A DNA stretch of 64,000 nt from an uncultured Gammaproteobacteria bacterium. Its GTDB lineage: Bacteria > Pseudomonadota > Gammaproteobacteria > DRLM01. The stretch lies in the NCBI GenBank assembly GCA_963729605.1, contig CAVSNY010000007.1, positions 288,001 to 352,000 on the forward strand, written 5' to 3'. The notes under the pieces were generated by a model. The model was not told where the DNA came from. It was given only the letters and a program-made list of their open reading frames with translations, and made no database searches. Shown piece after piece: positions 32,593-40,947 of the stretch; the first letter of the stretch is position 1, and every line of letters starts with the position of its first letter. The translations under genes and the position numbers were made by a program.

Positions 32593-34695
32593 ATGAATCC
32601 ACAAGCCCGTAAGCGGCTGCGCATCGCCGCTTGGTCGTTGGGCATCCTCGCGGTGCTGGCCATCGGCATCGTGCTGTGCGAATGGGTCGGCTGGCCTTTT
32701 CTGAAGAACCCTTTGCAGAACAGCCTCGCGCAGCGGCTGCAACGGCCGGTCGAGTTCGGTGATGAATTCAGACTCAAGTTATTCGGTTCGATACGGCTCG
32801 ACGCCAGCGCCTTGCGCATCGGCCCGCCGGCCGATCTTGCCGCGGATTCGCCGTTGGGCGGTGATCTGGTCAACGCGCGTAACGCCCACCTGGAGATTCC
32901 GTATTCCACGGTCTGGCAGATCATTCGAAAACAGGATCGGCAACGGCCGCCACGGATCACGTCGTTGCGTTTTGACGAGATCGACGCGGCGCTCAAACGC
33001 ACGGCCGACGGCCGCGCGAATTGGGTATTCACGACACCCGCGCCGGAGGAGGCCAAACAGCCCGCATCGTTGCCGATCGTCGACGAACTGGTGGTCGAGC
33101 GCGGACGTCTGGTGTTCGATGATGCCATTCTCAAGATTGCGCTCGACGCCAAGGTCAGCACCCATGAAGGCGCGCGGGCGGGCGAGATGAATAAACAGCG
33201 TGGCCTGCTCGTCGAAGGCCGGGGCCAACGCGAAGAACAGCCCTTCGATTTCCGCGTTACGTCATCCGGCGTGTTGCCGCTGGCGGCGCGCGATGCCTCC
33301 AGCGTGGTGCCCATCACCATCCGCCTCAACAGCGGCGAGTCGAAGTTCGGTTTCGACGGCGCAGGCGCCGACCTGTTCAGCCTTCAAGCTATCGATGGCG
33401 AGGCGACGCTCGCCGGCCAATCGCTCGCCAAGGTGGGCGACGCGCTCGGTCTCACCCTGCCCACCACCGAGGCCTTCACGCTCAAGGGACGTTTGAGAAA
33501 ATCGGGTCAGGTCTGGACCCTCGAACAAGCCGACCTCGCCGTGGGCGACAGCCGGCTGGGCGGCGAATTCACGGTGGACCGCCGTCCCGCGGTGCCGCTG
33601 CTGACCGGTCAACTCACCGGCTCGCGGTTGGTGCTGGCGGATTTGCTGCCGGCCTTCGGGGCGGCGAGGCCGGGTACCGGTAATCCCAAGCCGCCGCCGG
33701 GGCAGGTGGTGCCCGAAAAAGAATTCGACATTCCCGCGCTGCACGCGATGAACGCGGACGTGAAAGTGCGCTTGCAGCGCGCCGAACTCGGCGATCTGTT
33801 TCGCCAGCCGTTGGCGCCGTTGGAAGGCGACCTCTCGCTCGATGCCGGCGTGCTGACATTGACCAATGTGCTCGCGCGCGCGGCCGGCGGCGAAGTTAAG
33901 GGAAAGCTGGGTCTGGACGGAACGCAGGAAAATCCGCTGTGGACGGTGGACCTGCGCTGGGCCGGCATCGAACTCGACCAGTGGCTGAGGCCGCGCAACG
34001 CGATGTCGCAATCGGATAAACCTTCCGGCGAGAAGCCGGGTTATATCTCGGGCAAGCTCGGCGGTCACGCGCAGCTCGAAGCGCGCGGCAAATCGACACA
34101 GCGGATGATTGGGTCGACCGACGGAACGGTCCAAGCGTGGGTGCGCGATGGAACGATTTCCCATCTGGTGATCGAGGCGGTCGGCATCGACATCGCTCAG
34201 GGTCTCGGCTTGCTGCTGGTCGGCGATGACGCGCTGCCGATGCACTGCGCGGTGGTGAAGGCCGATGCGAAGAACGGCACTTTTACACCGGAAGTCGCCC
34301 TCGTCGATACCCGTGATTCGACGGTGTTCATAGAGGGCAGCGTCTCTCTCGCCGACGAACGTTACGCGCTCAAGATGACTTCGAAACCGAAGGATATTTC
34401 GCCCGCAACTTTGCGTACGCCGGTGCGGATGGAAGGCAGTTTCGCAAAACCGGAACTCACGCTCGAGAAAAAACCGATCGCCGGCCGGGTGCTCGCCGCC
34501 GTGGCGCTCGCGGCGATTCATCCGCTGGCCGCGCTGATCCCGTTTTTCGATGTGGGAGACAAGGACGCGGTGGACGGCTGCCGAAATGCCTTGCAGCGGT
34601 TGCGCGATGCCGACGGACCCGCGACGGCGCGCGTCGAGCAGGCGCCCAAGCCCGCGGCCCGCCAAGAGACCGCACCCGCGCCGCCCGGCGAATAG
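32593..34695 (+). CDS. AsmA family protein (YhjG-like)
   Basis: N-terminal TM anchor, GRANW, VGDSRLGG, LRTPVRMEGSFAKP. Confidence 0.85.
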   Translation: MNPQARKRLRIAAWSLGILAVLAIGIVLCEWVGWPFLKNPLQNSLAQRLQRPVEFGDEFRLKLFGSIRLDASALRIGPPADLAADSPLGGDLVNARNAHLEIPYSTVWQIIRKQDRQRPPRITSLRFDEIDAALKRTADGRANWVFTTPAPEEAKQPASLPIVDELVVERGRLVFDDAILKIALDAKVSTHEGARAGEMNKQRGLLVEGRGQREEQPFDFRVTSSGVLPLAARDASSVVPITIRLNSGESKFGFDGAGADLFSLQAIDGEATLAGQSLAKVGDALGLTLPTTEAFTLKGRLRKSGQVWTLEQADLAVGDSRLGGEFTVDRRPAVPLLTGQLTGSRLVLADLLPAFGAARPGTGNPKPPPGQVVPEKEFDIPALHAMNADVKVRLQRAELGDLFRQPLAPLEGDLSLDAGVLTLTNVLARAAGGEVKGKLGLDGTQENPLWTVDLRWAGIELDQWLRPRNAMSQSDKPSGEKPGYISGKLGGHAQLEARGKSTQRMIGSTDGTVQAWVRDGTISHLVIEAVGIDIAQGLGLLLVGDDALPMHCAVVKADAKNGTFTPEVALVDTRDSTVFIEGSVSLADERYALKMTSKPKDISPATLRTPVRMEGSFAKPELTLEKKPIAGRVLAAVALAAIHPLAALIPFFDVGDKDAVDGCRNALQRLRDADGPATARVEQAPKPAARQETAPAPPGE

Positions 34696-34837
34696 GTTCG
34701 ATGGATTGGAGCCGCACTTTGCTGTAGCGAGCGCCACGCTACGCACATGATGAGGTGGTTAAACCGGTCAAGACCGCTTGGAAAAATCGCCCGCCGTTGT
34801 CCGTGACAAGACGCGCAATCCCGGTTTTCGCGGACGG

Positions 34838-34978
34838 TTATTTCAATGGCGAACCGTGTTGATCACGCGATTTGCGGCGGTTGCGGCGGATCACTATGAA
34901 CACCGAGACGAGTGCGACGGCGAGGGTGAGCACGGCGACCACTTCGACGATGATGAAGATTGTGGGTATGGAGGACAT
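34838..34978 (-). CDS. Putative 46-aa single-TM small protein
   Basis: AAGGA RBS; MSSIPTIFIIVEVVAVLTLAVALVSVFIVIRRNRRK (TM plus basic tail). Confidence 0.45.
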   Translation of the reverse strand: MSSIPTIFIIVEVVAVLTLAVALVSVFIVIRRNRRKSRDQHGSPLK

Positions 34979-35154
34979 GGATTTCCTTGGTTGGCTTTCC
35001 TCGGCAGCAAGAGCTGAAAATATATCAATCTTATTAGTGGCGCCGCGCGCATCGACTGAAGCGGGTCGCAAATCGTGTGCGCGATCGCGCCCCTGCCTGC
35101 TTGGGTCGTATGAAACGCATGTCCACCGCTCCAATGATCGTAAGTGATATTGCT

Positions 35155-35379
35155 TTATTCCAGGCTCCACTTGATCTGGAACTCGATCTCCTCTTCGCTG
35201 CTGGACCTTTCGTGCTCGACAGTAAATTCGGCGCGGACCGGAACATGGATACGCTCCCCGGCAATTTGGATTTCAAAGCGCTCGCCATGTTCGATGGCAT
35301 CCGCCAAGCGGCGGAGCTTGGCCACGAACTCGGCTTTTGAATAAGCTTTTTCCACATCTCGCTTGCTGTTTGAAGGCAT
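35155..35379 (-). CDS. Amphi-Trp domain protein
   Basis: RDVEKAYSKAEFVAKLRRLADAIE...EFQIKW; GAGG RBS. Confidence 0.85.
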   Translation of the reverse strand: MPSNSKRDVEKAYSKAEFVAKLRRLADAIEHGERFEIQIAGERIHVPVRAEFTVEHERSSSEEEIEFQIKWSLE

Positions 35380-35816
35380 CTTTTTACCTCTCCTAGAAAT
35401 TGTGGTCTCACGGTTTCTCGATAGTCGCCATGCCGCCGTCATTGCGTAAATTGCACAGGCGCCGGGGACTAGATTTTCGCATCATACTGCAAATCCATCC
35501 CCATTTGCCGCCGGTCGATTGTTCACCGCGCGTCCTCGTCGCCAAGTTGGTCCATCGGCGCCGCATTGAAAGTTGTACTGAGCACAACCTGGTTCAGGCA
35601 CCATTAAATCCCTTCTTTAAACGGGGAAAGGCTGGATTGAGATTAAGGGTCATCGTGATGCGAAAGGTTTGGCGCTTCTTCAGCGTCGCAACGGAATGAC
35701 CGGCGCGGCCGGCATGGCAAGCCGGCGATCCATGATCTATGCTTTTTTAAGGCTGATAGATTTACCGCATAACTCCCCCAGCAAAACTGTCTTGGAGAAA
35801 TCGCTTGCCTCCGGAA

Positions 35817-36329
35817 ATGATTTTGCCGGCCCTGCTGGTTTTCCAAGGCGTCGTCGGCGGTGTCGATACGCTGGTTAATCACGAAATCATCGAGCGCTTG
35901 CCGCACCGCGTCGAAGCGCGCAACGAGATCGGCCTGCACTGGATACGCGAAACCATTTACGCGTGTTTGTTCGGCGGTTTGGCTTGGTTCGAATTTCATG
36001 GCGCCGCGGCGGTGTTCATCGTCGCGTTGCTGATCGGCGAAATCATCGTCACCGTATGCGACGAATACATAGAAAATCAGATCCGCGTCCTACCGCAGAA
36101 CGAACGGGTGCTGCACGTATTGCTCACTCTCAATTTAGGGCTGGTGATCGCCGTGCTGGTGCCGACCCTGATCGGTTGGGGCAGCTTGCCCACCGGATTG
36201 GCGCCGGTCGAATACGGATTGCTTTCCTGGATACTCAGCGGGTTCGCCTTGCTGGGCGTAGGCTGGGCAATACGCGATTTTATCGCCTGGCGAAAATTGC
36301 GGCGCTTGAGCGGCGCGAGCGCTGCGTGA
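35817..36329 (+). CDS. Hypothetical membrane protein
   Basis: QGVVGGVDTLVNHE...LPQNERVLH, similar to the membrane domain sometimes fused to TIGR01777 epimerases. Confidence 0.75.
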   Translation: MILPALLVFQGVVGGVDTLVNHEIIERLPHRVEARNEIGLHWIRETIYACLFGGLAWFEFHGAAAVFIVALLIGEIIVTVCDEYIENQIRVLPQNERVLHVLLTLNLGLVIAVLVPTLIGWGSLPTGLAPVEYGLLSWILSGFALLGVGWAIRDFIAWRKLRRLSGASAA

Positions 36330-36483
36330 TGAAGTCAATACAAGAGACTGTCCAATTAAACGCAATACCTCTGCGATTCGGCAAGGGCTTTCGCGGTGCT
36401 TTAGGCAAGACTAGAGTGTAATGCGGGAGAGTCTATAGATACGCTTGTTTCCTCACTCAATCACTATTCCCAATTCAGAGCAG

Positions 36484-36555
36484 GTAGGATGCGGTGAGCA
36501 TCGCGATCCGCATCAATCGTGAACGGTGCGGTTCATTTCATTCACCGCATCCTAC
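36484..36555. repeat. GTAG-type REP doublet (REPIN-like)
   Basis: GTAGGATGCGGTGA...TCACCGCATCCTAC inverted pair with internal hairpins. Confidence 0.85.
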
Positions 36556-36562
36556 TTTTTCT

Positions 36563-37540
36563 TTACGACCAATGATGCAGAGCAACAGATTTCGGTTGTG
36601 CAAAGCGAAAGCTTCTTGAAATGCCGTCCCCTTCGAATCGCGACGTAGCGCTACCAAACACAACTTCTTCTGTCGTTGACCAGCCGTAAAGTATGGAACC
36701 ATACAAACCGGAATTGAGGCTATGTTTGGATTGCTCGTCTGTCTTGAGCCTGATTGTTGCTCTCGAAAATGGGTGGCTTTCCCCAAATGTGTAGATTGGT
36801 AGACGCGCCGCGGCTCGAACCGCATTGGCAAAGCATTCCGATTTCGTGCTCGCCTCAACTTCGGAAGAGGCGGCCATTCTCTCTATAAATTGAGCGAGAT
36901 CTCTTGAGCAATTTAGCAGAAGCAGAATTGCTTCCCAAACAAGGGTTGTTATAGAGAAAGTATCGTTCTGGGCATGGAACGTTCTGCTTGGGCAGACCAC
37001 TCCAGACTCGACTCCTTCAATAAAGTAACCGTGTAAGCACCCTTCCTTACCGGCTTTCGAATACTCCAAAGAGAACATTCGTATCCGAGCCTGCTGATGC
37101 TTTAGGTTATTTGCCGCAGCCGACAGAAAGCGCTTGTGCTCTTTAAGACGCTTGTCGAGTTGCCGATAGTATGGGCTCTTGTCCCGCAGTTGCTTCGACT
37201 TAAAGAATCCGGACGCAATTGCATATATGTCATCAACGTGCTCGGCCGCCGCGTATAGCGATAACTCGATATAGTCAATCACCTCCTCCATTAGCGCATT
37301 TTCTTTCTTCAGTAGATCAATTTTAGAAGAGGCCAAAAAGTAGGATTCCAACCTGCTGCACAAGCGAAATAGCTTATTGCATAGGCGCGACGTCGAAACG
37401 TTGTAAATTCCTATAGGCAGGCGAAGGTTGCTTGTTGTATGAAAACAGCGCTCGACATTTACTTTCAACAAGACAAGGTGCGCTTGAAGGCTGGATGGCG
37501 CTTCTTTCGTAAGATCGACTTCGTAGATTTCCTTGCTCAC
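36563..37540 (-). CDS. Cassette-like hypothetical protein (possible HEPN-like)
   Basis: 325-aa low-GC ORF starting 22 bp after a GTTAGGG core; ANNLKH resembles a HEPN Rx4-6H motif. Confidence 0.75.
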   Translation of the reverse strand: MSKEIYEVDLTKEAPSSLQAHLVLLKVNVERCFHTTSNLRLPIGIYNVSTSRLCNKLFRLCSRLESYFLASSKIDLLKKENALMEEVIDYIELSLYAAAEHVDDIYAIASGFFKSKQLRDKSPYYRQLDKRLKEHKRFLSAAANNLKHQQARIRMFSLEYSKAGKEGCLHGYFIEGVESGVVCPSRTFHAQNDTFSITTLVWEAILLLLNCSRDLAQFIERMAASSEVEASTKSECFANAVRAAARLPIYTFGESHPFSRATIRLKTDEQSKHSLNSGLYGSILYGWSTTEEVVFGSATSRFEGDGISRSFRFAQPKSVALHHWS

Positions 37541-37562
37541 GATTGAATCTTTTCCGAGCCCG

Positions 37563-37589
37563 CCCTAACTTAAAGTAGACATCCTAATT
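37563..37589 (-). other. attI-like recombination site, copy 1
   Basis: AATTAGGATGTCTACTTTAAGTTAGGG, same architecture as copies 2-4. Confidence 0.6.
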
Positions 37590-37612
37590 GAAATGGCTAA
37601 TAAGTAAAAATT

Positions 37613-37770
37613 GGGGTAGATTCATTTTATTATTTAGCCAATTACAAACTACTACGCATTTGACATAGCTTTTTGTGGCTTGCCGGGTGCGCACTTTTCA
37701 ATCCGCCTTCTTACTATTTCTTCCACCTTGTCTACGAAAGATGCTATCCAAAGGGATAAATAAATCTGTC
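37613..37770 (-). mobile_element. Non-autonomous RAYT (Y1 transposase) remnant, copy A
   Basis: Ends GACAGATTTATTTATCCC / AAATGAATCTACCCC; encodes RAYT-like C-terminus FVDKVEEIVRRRIEKCAPGKPQK. Confidence 0.7.
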
Positions 37771-37783
37771 TTGGTTTTCGAGG

Positions 37784-38707
37784 TCAAATAAGTTCCTCAT
37801 TGGGCTCCTTTGGTAAGCGGGCTAAATTTGCATTCAATGCATCTGCGTCGATTTGCGGCGCTGCGCCCGGCGCGTATTTCTGAGGCATTGCTGCAAACAT
37901 ATGAGGCGTTACGATACCAAGAAAAGCCTGCAAGTCTAGCCCATTGGATATAGCCGGAATAATCGGCGCGTCGCTATCGGCTGTTGTGCCGGTATAATAT
38001 CTTTGCCCGCCACCACCCTTATGGACCCCTGATTTTTTATGTCGCCAGGCGACGATACAGCGTGGACCAACGGAGTTGTTTGTGAGGCCGAGATGAACCT
38101 TGTAATTAAGAGTGGCAAGATAATCAGTAACTGCGGTTGCTGGGATTTTTAGATTGTCGTGCGCGCGGACTACGTGAAGTAATTCGCGAATCCACTTCTT
38201 GTCTTGCACTAAATAAGCTAAACCAGAGCCCCCGATGCTTAATCGTGGGGTTCGAGGTGATTGATTTGTCGTCGTGCCCACGATGTGACGTATGTAGCGA
38301 AAATTGTAAGTCTTTCGATTGGGCGCAAAAGCAATATCGATAGAGTAGAAACGTGGCTCATCGTTCATGAATGCTGGGATAAAGACGCTATGAGCAGGCT
38401 GGTTGGGTCCCACCATTCGCGATAGGTGCCGGGGAAACTGCTTTTGAAGAGCTGAGGCAAGCACGCCTAACGACTTCTCAAGCGGCAGCTTTCTACCTCG
38501 TAGTACCGCACTCATCCAGTCTGCGGGCTCGGTTCCTTTGGTAGTCGCGCCAAGCCCAGCATAGCCAAGAATGGCGACCCCATCGATTGTCTCTAGGAAC
38601 ATTAGCTTGCAAGCGTCGTCTTTGGGTGGACGACCAGGGTGGGATAGACGTCTATCGGCCAGCAGCCAGATCGTTTCTGGGCCATTAATCGTGAGTATGA
38701 GGGTCAC
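37784..38707 (-). CDS. Cassette-like hypothetical protein (possible Ntn-hydrolase fold)
   Basis: 307-aa low-GC ORF; MTLILT...LLADRRLS and IGGSG resemble the proteasome-beta/Anbu pattern. Confidence 0.75.
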   Translation of the reverse strand: MTLILTINGPETIWLLADRRLSHPGRPPKDDACKLMFLETIDGVAILGYAGLGATTKGTEPADWMSAVLRGRKLPLEKSLGVLASALQKQFPRHLSRMVGPNQPAHSVFIPAFMNDEPRFYSIDIAFAPNRKTYNFRYIRHIVGTTTNQSPRTPRLSIGGSGLAYLVQDKKWIRELLHVVRAHDNLKIPATAVTDYLATLNYKVHLGLTNNSVGPRCIVAWRHKKSGVHKGGGGQRYYTGTTADSDAPIIPAISNGLDLQAFLGIVTPHMFAAMPQKYAPGAAPQIDADALNANLARLPKEPNEELI

Positions 38708-38768
38708 TTCTAATCCCCGTATTTGAGCTGCATGCTTATTTTGAATTAATACTATTGCTATGTGTGCT

Positions 38769-38795
38769 GCCTAACGTGTATTAGACACCCTAATT
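38769..38795 (-). other. attI-like recombination site, copy 2
   Basis: AATTAGGGTGTCTAATACACGTTAGGC with canonical GTTRRRY core. Confidence 0.7.
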
Positions 38796-38844
38796 TTTGC
38801 GTCTTTCTTTGCGCCAGGCTGGTGTGTAATTCTGTATAAAAATT

Positions 38845-38998
38845 GGGACAGATTTATTTTATTCTCTCGTCAATCACAAACTACTACGCATTTGGCGCAG
38901 CCTTTTGCGGACTGCCGGGGGCGCGCTCAATCCGTCTTCCTACTATTTCTTCTACTTGTCTACGAAAAGATCCTCTCCAAAGGGATAAATAAATCTAT
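38845..38998 (-). mobile_element. Non-autonomous RAYT remnant, copy B
   Basis: Ends ATAGATTTATTTATCCC / AAATAAATCTGTCCC; diverged direct repeat of 37613-37770. Confidence 0.7.
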
Positions 38999-39016
38999 GG
39001 TTTTGCAGAACCATGC

Positions 39017-39046
39017 GGCGGAACGCCCTTTGGGCTTCCGCCCTAC
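39017..39046 (-). repeat. GTAG-type REP singlet
   Basis: GTAGGGCGGAAGCCCAAAGGGCGTTCCGCC hairpin. Confidence 0.75.
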
Positions 39047-39048
39047 GA

Positions 39049-39082
39049 GCTTGCGGCACGTCGGCTGCATGGAAGGTTGAGC
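39049..39082 (-). other. Left half of an attC site, truncated by a REP
   Basis: GCTCAAC (RYYYAAC) CTTCCATGCAGCCGACGTGCCGCAAGC, 28 bp after the stop of the DUF1059 gene. Confidence 0.7.
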
Positions 39083-39110
39083 CGCTTGAAAAGATGCGCC
39101 CGCAAGCGGG

Positions 39111-39320
39111 TCATTTGCCGCCTGTCTTAAGAGGCGGGGTGCCCTCTTTGAAAATTCCTCGCAGCTGGTTGCGAAACTCGGGGCTGTCATCGTGCCCGTG
39201 CACGGCCATGGCGTGTTGCACGGCAGCCTCCAGGAGCTCTTCTTCGCTGTCGGCCGATATGGCGATCGTGCAATTCATTTCGCTTGGAAATTCACGGCAG
39301 TCTATGTATTTGCGAGCCAC
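39111..39320 (-). CDS. DUF1059 domain small metal-binding protein (cassette-like)
   Basis: ARKYIDCREFPSEMNCTIAISAD...AVQHAMAVHGH; AAGGAGG RBS, GTG start. Confidence 0.85.
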   Translation of the reverse strand: MARKYIDCREFPSEMNCTIAISADSEEELLEAAVQHAMAVHGHDDSPEFRNQLRGIFKEGTPPLKTGGK

Positions 39321-39398
39321 GATGACCTCCTTCAAACTGTGAATGAGTGCCGTTGGTTTGTGGGTTAGTTGCTGGGTTGCACCCAAGTCCACCGTAGC

Positions 39399-39424
39399 GC
39401 CTAAGTGTATTGGACCACCTAATT
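39399..39424 (-). other. attI-like recombination site, copy 3 (core G lost)
   Basis: AATTAGGTGGTCCAATACACTTAGGC. Confidence 0.6.
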
Positions 39425-39441
39425 GGCGTCTTCTTTACGCC

Positions 39442-39470
39442 AGTGTGGTGCGTAATTCCAGCATCGTCAA
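39442..39470 (-). promoter_or_regulatory. Putative sigma70 (Pc-like) promoter upstream of attI-like copy 3
   Basis: TTGACG-17 bp-CACACT followed by the hairpin TGGCGT...ACGCCA. Confidence 0.55.
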
Positions 39471-39473
39471 TAT

Positions 39474-39516
39474 GGGATAAATAAATCTGTCCCGATTTTG
39501 CCCTCAAGCGTTATGC
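39474..39516 (-). other. attC R'' end (GCATAAC) cut off by a RAYT-type end GGGACAGATTTATTTATCCC
   Basis: GCATAACGCTTGAGGGC begins 15 bp after the upstream stop codon and is followed by the RAYT end at 39474-39493. Confidence 0.6.
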
Positions 39517-39531
39517 CGCTGGAAGGTAAGG

Positions 39532-40308
39532 CTAAAAGGGAATATCTTCATCGATGGTCTTGGGCGTTGGCTTCCTAAGCACAAACAGCGATTCGTTGTT
39601 CTCAACCCAACTCCACCCCGCGTCCGTAAGCCGCGCTGTGCTGTAGACGTGGTCTCGGTGTTCGTCCCATTCTTCTTTGACCTCAATGAGTTTCTTAGAC
39701 GCAAGGCGGCGGAAGGCGAGCGAAAATCCGATTGCTGTCAGCCCGGAGCGTTCTGAGTCTTCCTTGAGCGAGTAAACGGTCGCGGCGGCGCCAGGAAGTG
39801 CTGTGTCACCTGCAAGTATTGCGAGTACCATCAACTCAGTCTGGGTTAGACCTTGAGTCGGAGCTATCTGTTCAGACTCGGTGATCTGGCGCAGGGCCTC
39901 CGTCTTGTTCAGGAGGGCCTTTATACGCTCAGTCAAAGCCGCCTTCAGATTCTCGAAGTCGCTCGATGACTCAGGCTTGTAGTTGATAACCGTTCGGTGC
40001 TGAATGTGGAATGGATACCTCCCGGAGGTTCGTTCGTTGGAACATACCATCACTACCGGACGGCCCGATGCAAAAGCAAACCCCAGTTCGTACCAGACGT
40101 TCGGGTTATCGGTTGTGATGTCGGCAAGGCAGACTGCTGCGTTGCGGATACCTTGCTCAATGGCGTCGATCGGTACCTCTACCCCGGGATCGCGATCGAC
40201 CCGGTAAGCCTCAAGACCGGCCTCTTTAATAGAGGGGACATAGATGTCATCGAAGCGCTTGTCGAACTTCCCCGCGTCAAAGGGCTGGATCACGAAGCAA
40301 TTGGGCAT
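39532..40308 (-). CDS. Cassette-like nucleoside 2-deoxyribosyltransferase/TIR-like domain protein
   Basis: CFVIQPF...AYRVD...LADITTDNPNVWYELGFAFA, with a wHTH-like C-terminus. Confidence 0.8.
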   Translation of the reverse strand: MPNCFVIQPFDAGKFDKRFDDIYVPSIKEAGLEAYRVDRDPGVEVPIDAIEQGIRNAAVCLADITTDNPNVWYELGFAFASGRPVVMVCSNERTSGRYPFHIQHRTVINYKPESSSDFENLKAALTERIKALLNKTEALRQITESEQIAPTQGLTQTELMVLAILAGDTALPGAAATVYSLKEDSERSGLTAIGFSLAFRRLASKKLIEVKEEWDEHRDHVYSTARLTDAGWSWVENNESLFVLRKPTPKTIDEDIPF

Positions 40309-40323
40309 ACGAGTCTCACAAAG

Positions 40324-40350
40324 GTATAACGTGTATTAAACACCCTAATT
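40324..40350 (-). other. attI-like recombination site, copy 4
   Basis: AATTAGGGTGTTTAATACACGTTATAC, 15 bp before the ATG. Confidence 0.65.
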
Positions 40351-40367
40351 GGCGTCTTCTTTACGCC

Positions 40368-40396
40368 AGTGTGGTGTGTAATTCCAGCATCGTCAA
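40368..40396 (-). promoter_or_regulatory. Putative sigma70 (Pc-like) promoter upstream of attI-like copy 4
   Basis: TTGACG-17 bp-CACACT; 40347-40403 equals 39421-39477 with one mismatch. Confidence 0.55.
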
Positions 40397-40523
40397 TATG
40401 GGACAAGGGTCGATAAGGAATTGCTAGTTTTATACGGCCCAATGAAAAAGTGTCACCACCTCGTTGCGCGGACCGTCCAAGTATCTTGATACCTCATACG
40501 CTTGCGGCGGGATGATTTATCAA

Positions 40524-40913
40524 TCATCCACCGCCAAAAATCACCCCGCTCAAATCCACGTCGCGGAGGTCGGCCATTTTGATGCCGGCTTCGTCGATGT
40601 GCGCGCCGGTGAGGTTGGCGCCGGCGAGTTTGGCGCCCAGCCATTTCGCGCCGCGTAAACGCGCGCCGCTCAAGTCGGCGCCGCTGAAGTTGGCGGCGTT
40701 CAAGTCGGCGCGTTCGAGATTGGCGCCTCGCAGGTTGGCCAGCCGCGCATCGGCGTCGCGCAGATTGGCGCCGCTGAGGTTGACGCCGCTGAGGTCGAGC
40801 TCGACCAGATTGGCGTCGAGGAATTCGACGCCGGACAGGTCGGCGCCATGCAGGCTGGTGCCGGCGTAACTCAGGAGCAGGATGAAGCCGCGGCGGTCGT
40901 AGATTTCGATCAT
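40524..40913 (-). CDS. Pentapeptide repeat protein
   Basis: Repeated A(D/N)LxG units. Confidence 0.88.
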   Translation of the reverse strand: MIEIYDRRGFILLLSYAGTSLHGADLSGVEFLDANLVELDLSGVNLSGANLRDADARLANLRGANLERADLNAANFSGADLSGARLRGAKWLGAKLAGANLTGAHIDEAGIKMADLRDVDLSGVIFGGG

Positions 40914-40947
40914 GATGGTGATGGATTCTCTGAGGGGTGGGATGATT

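Noticed and set aside
38765-38792. Canonical chromosomal dif or pdif site
   Set aside because: TAA-N6-TTA geometry is present, but the arm TTAGACACCCT does not match the XerD consensus TTATGTTAAAT; kept only as an alternative hypothesis
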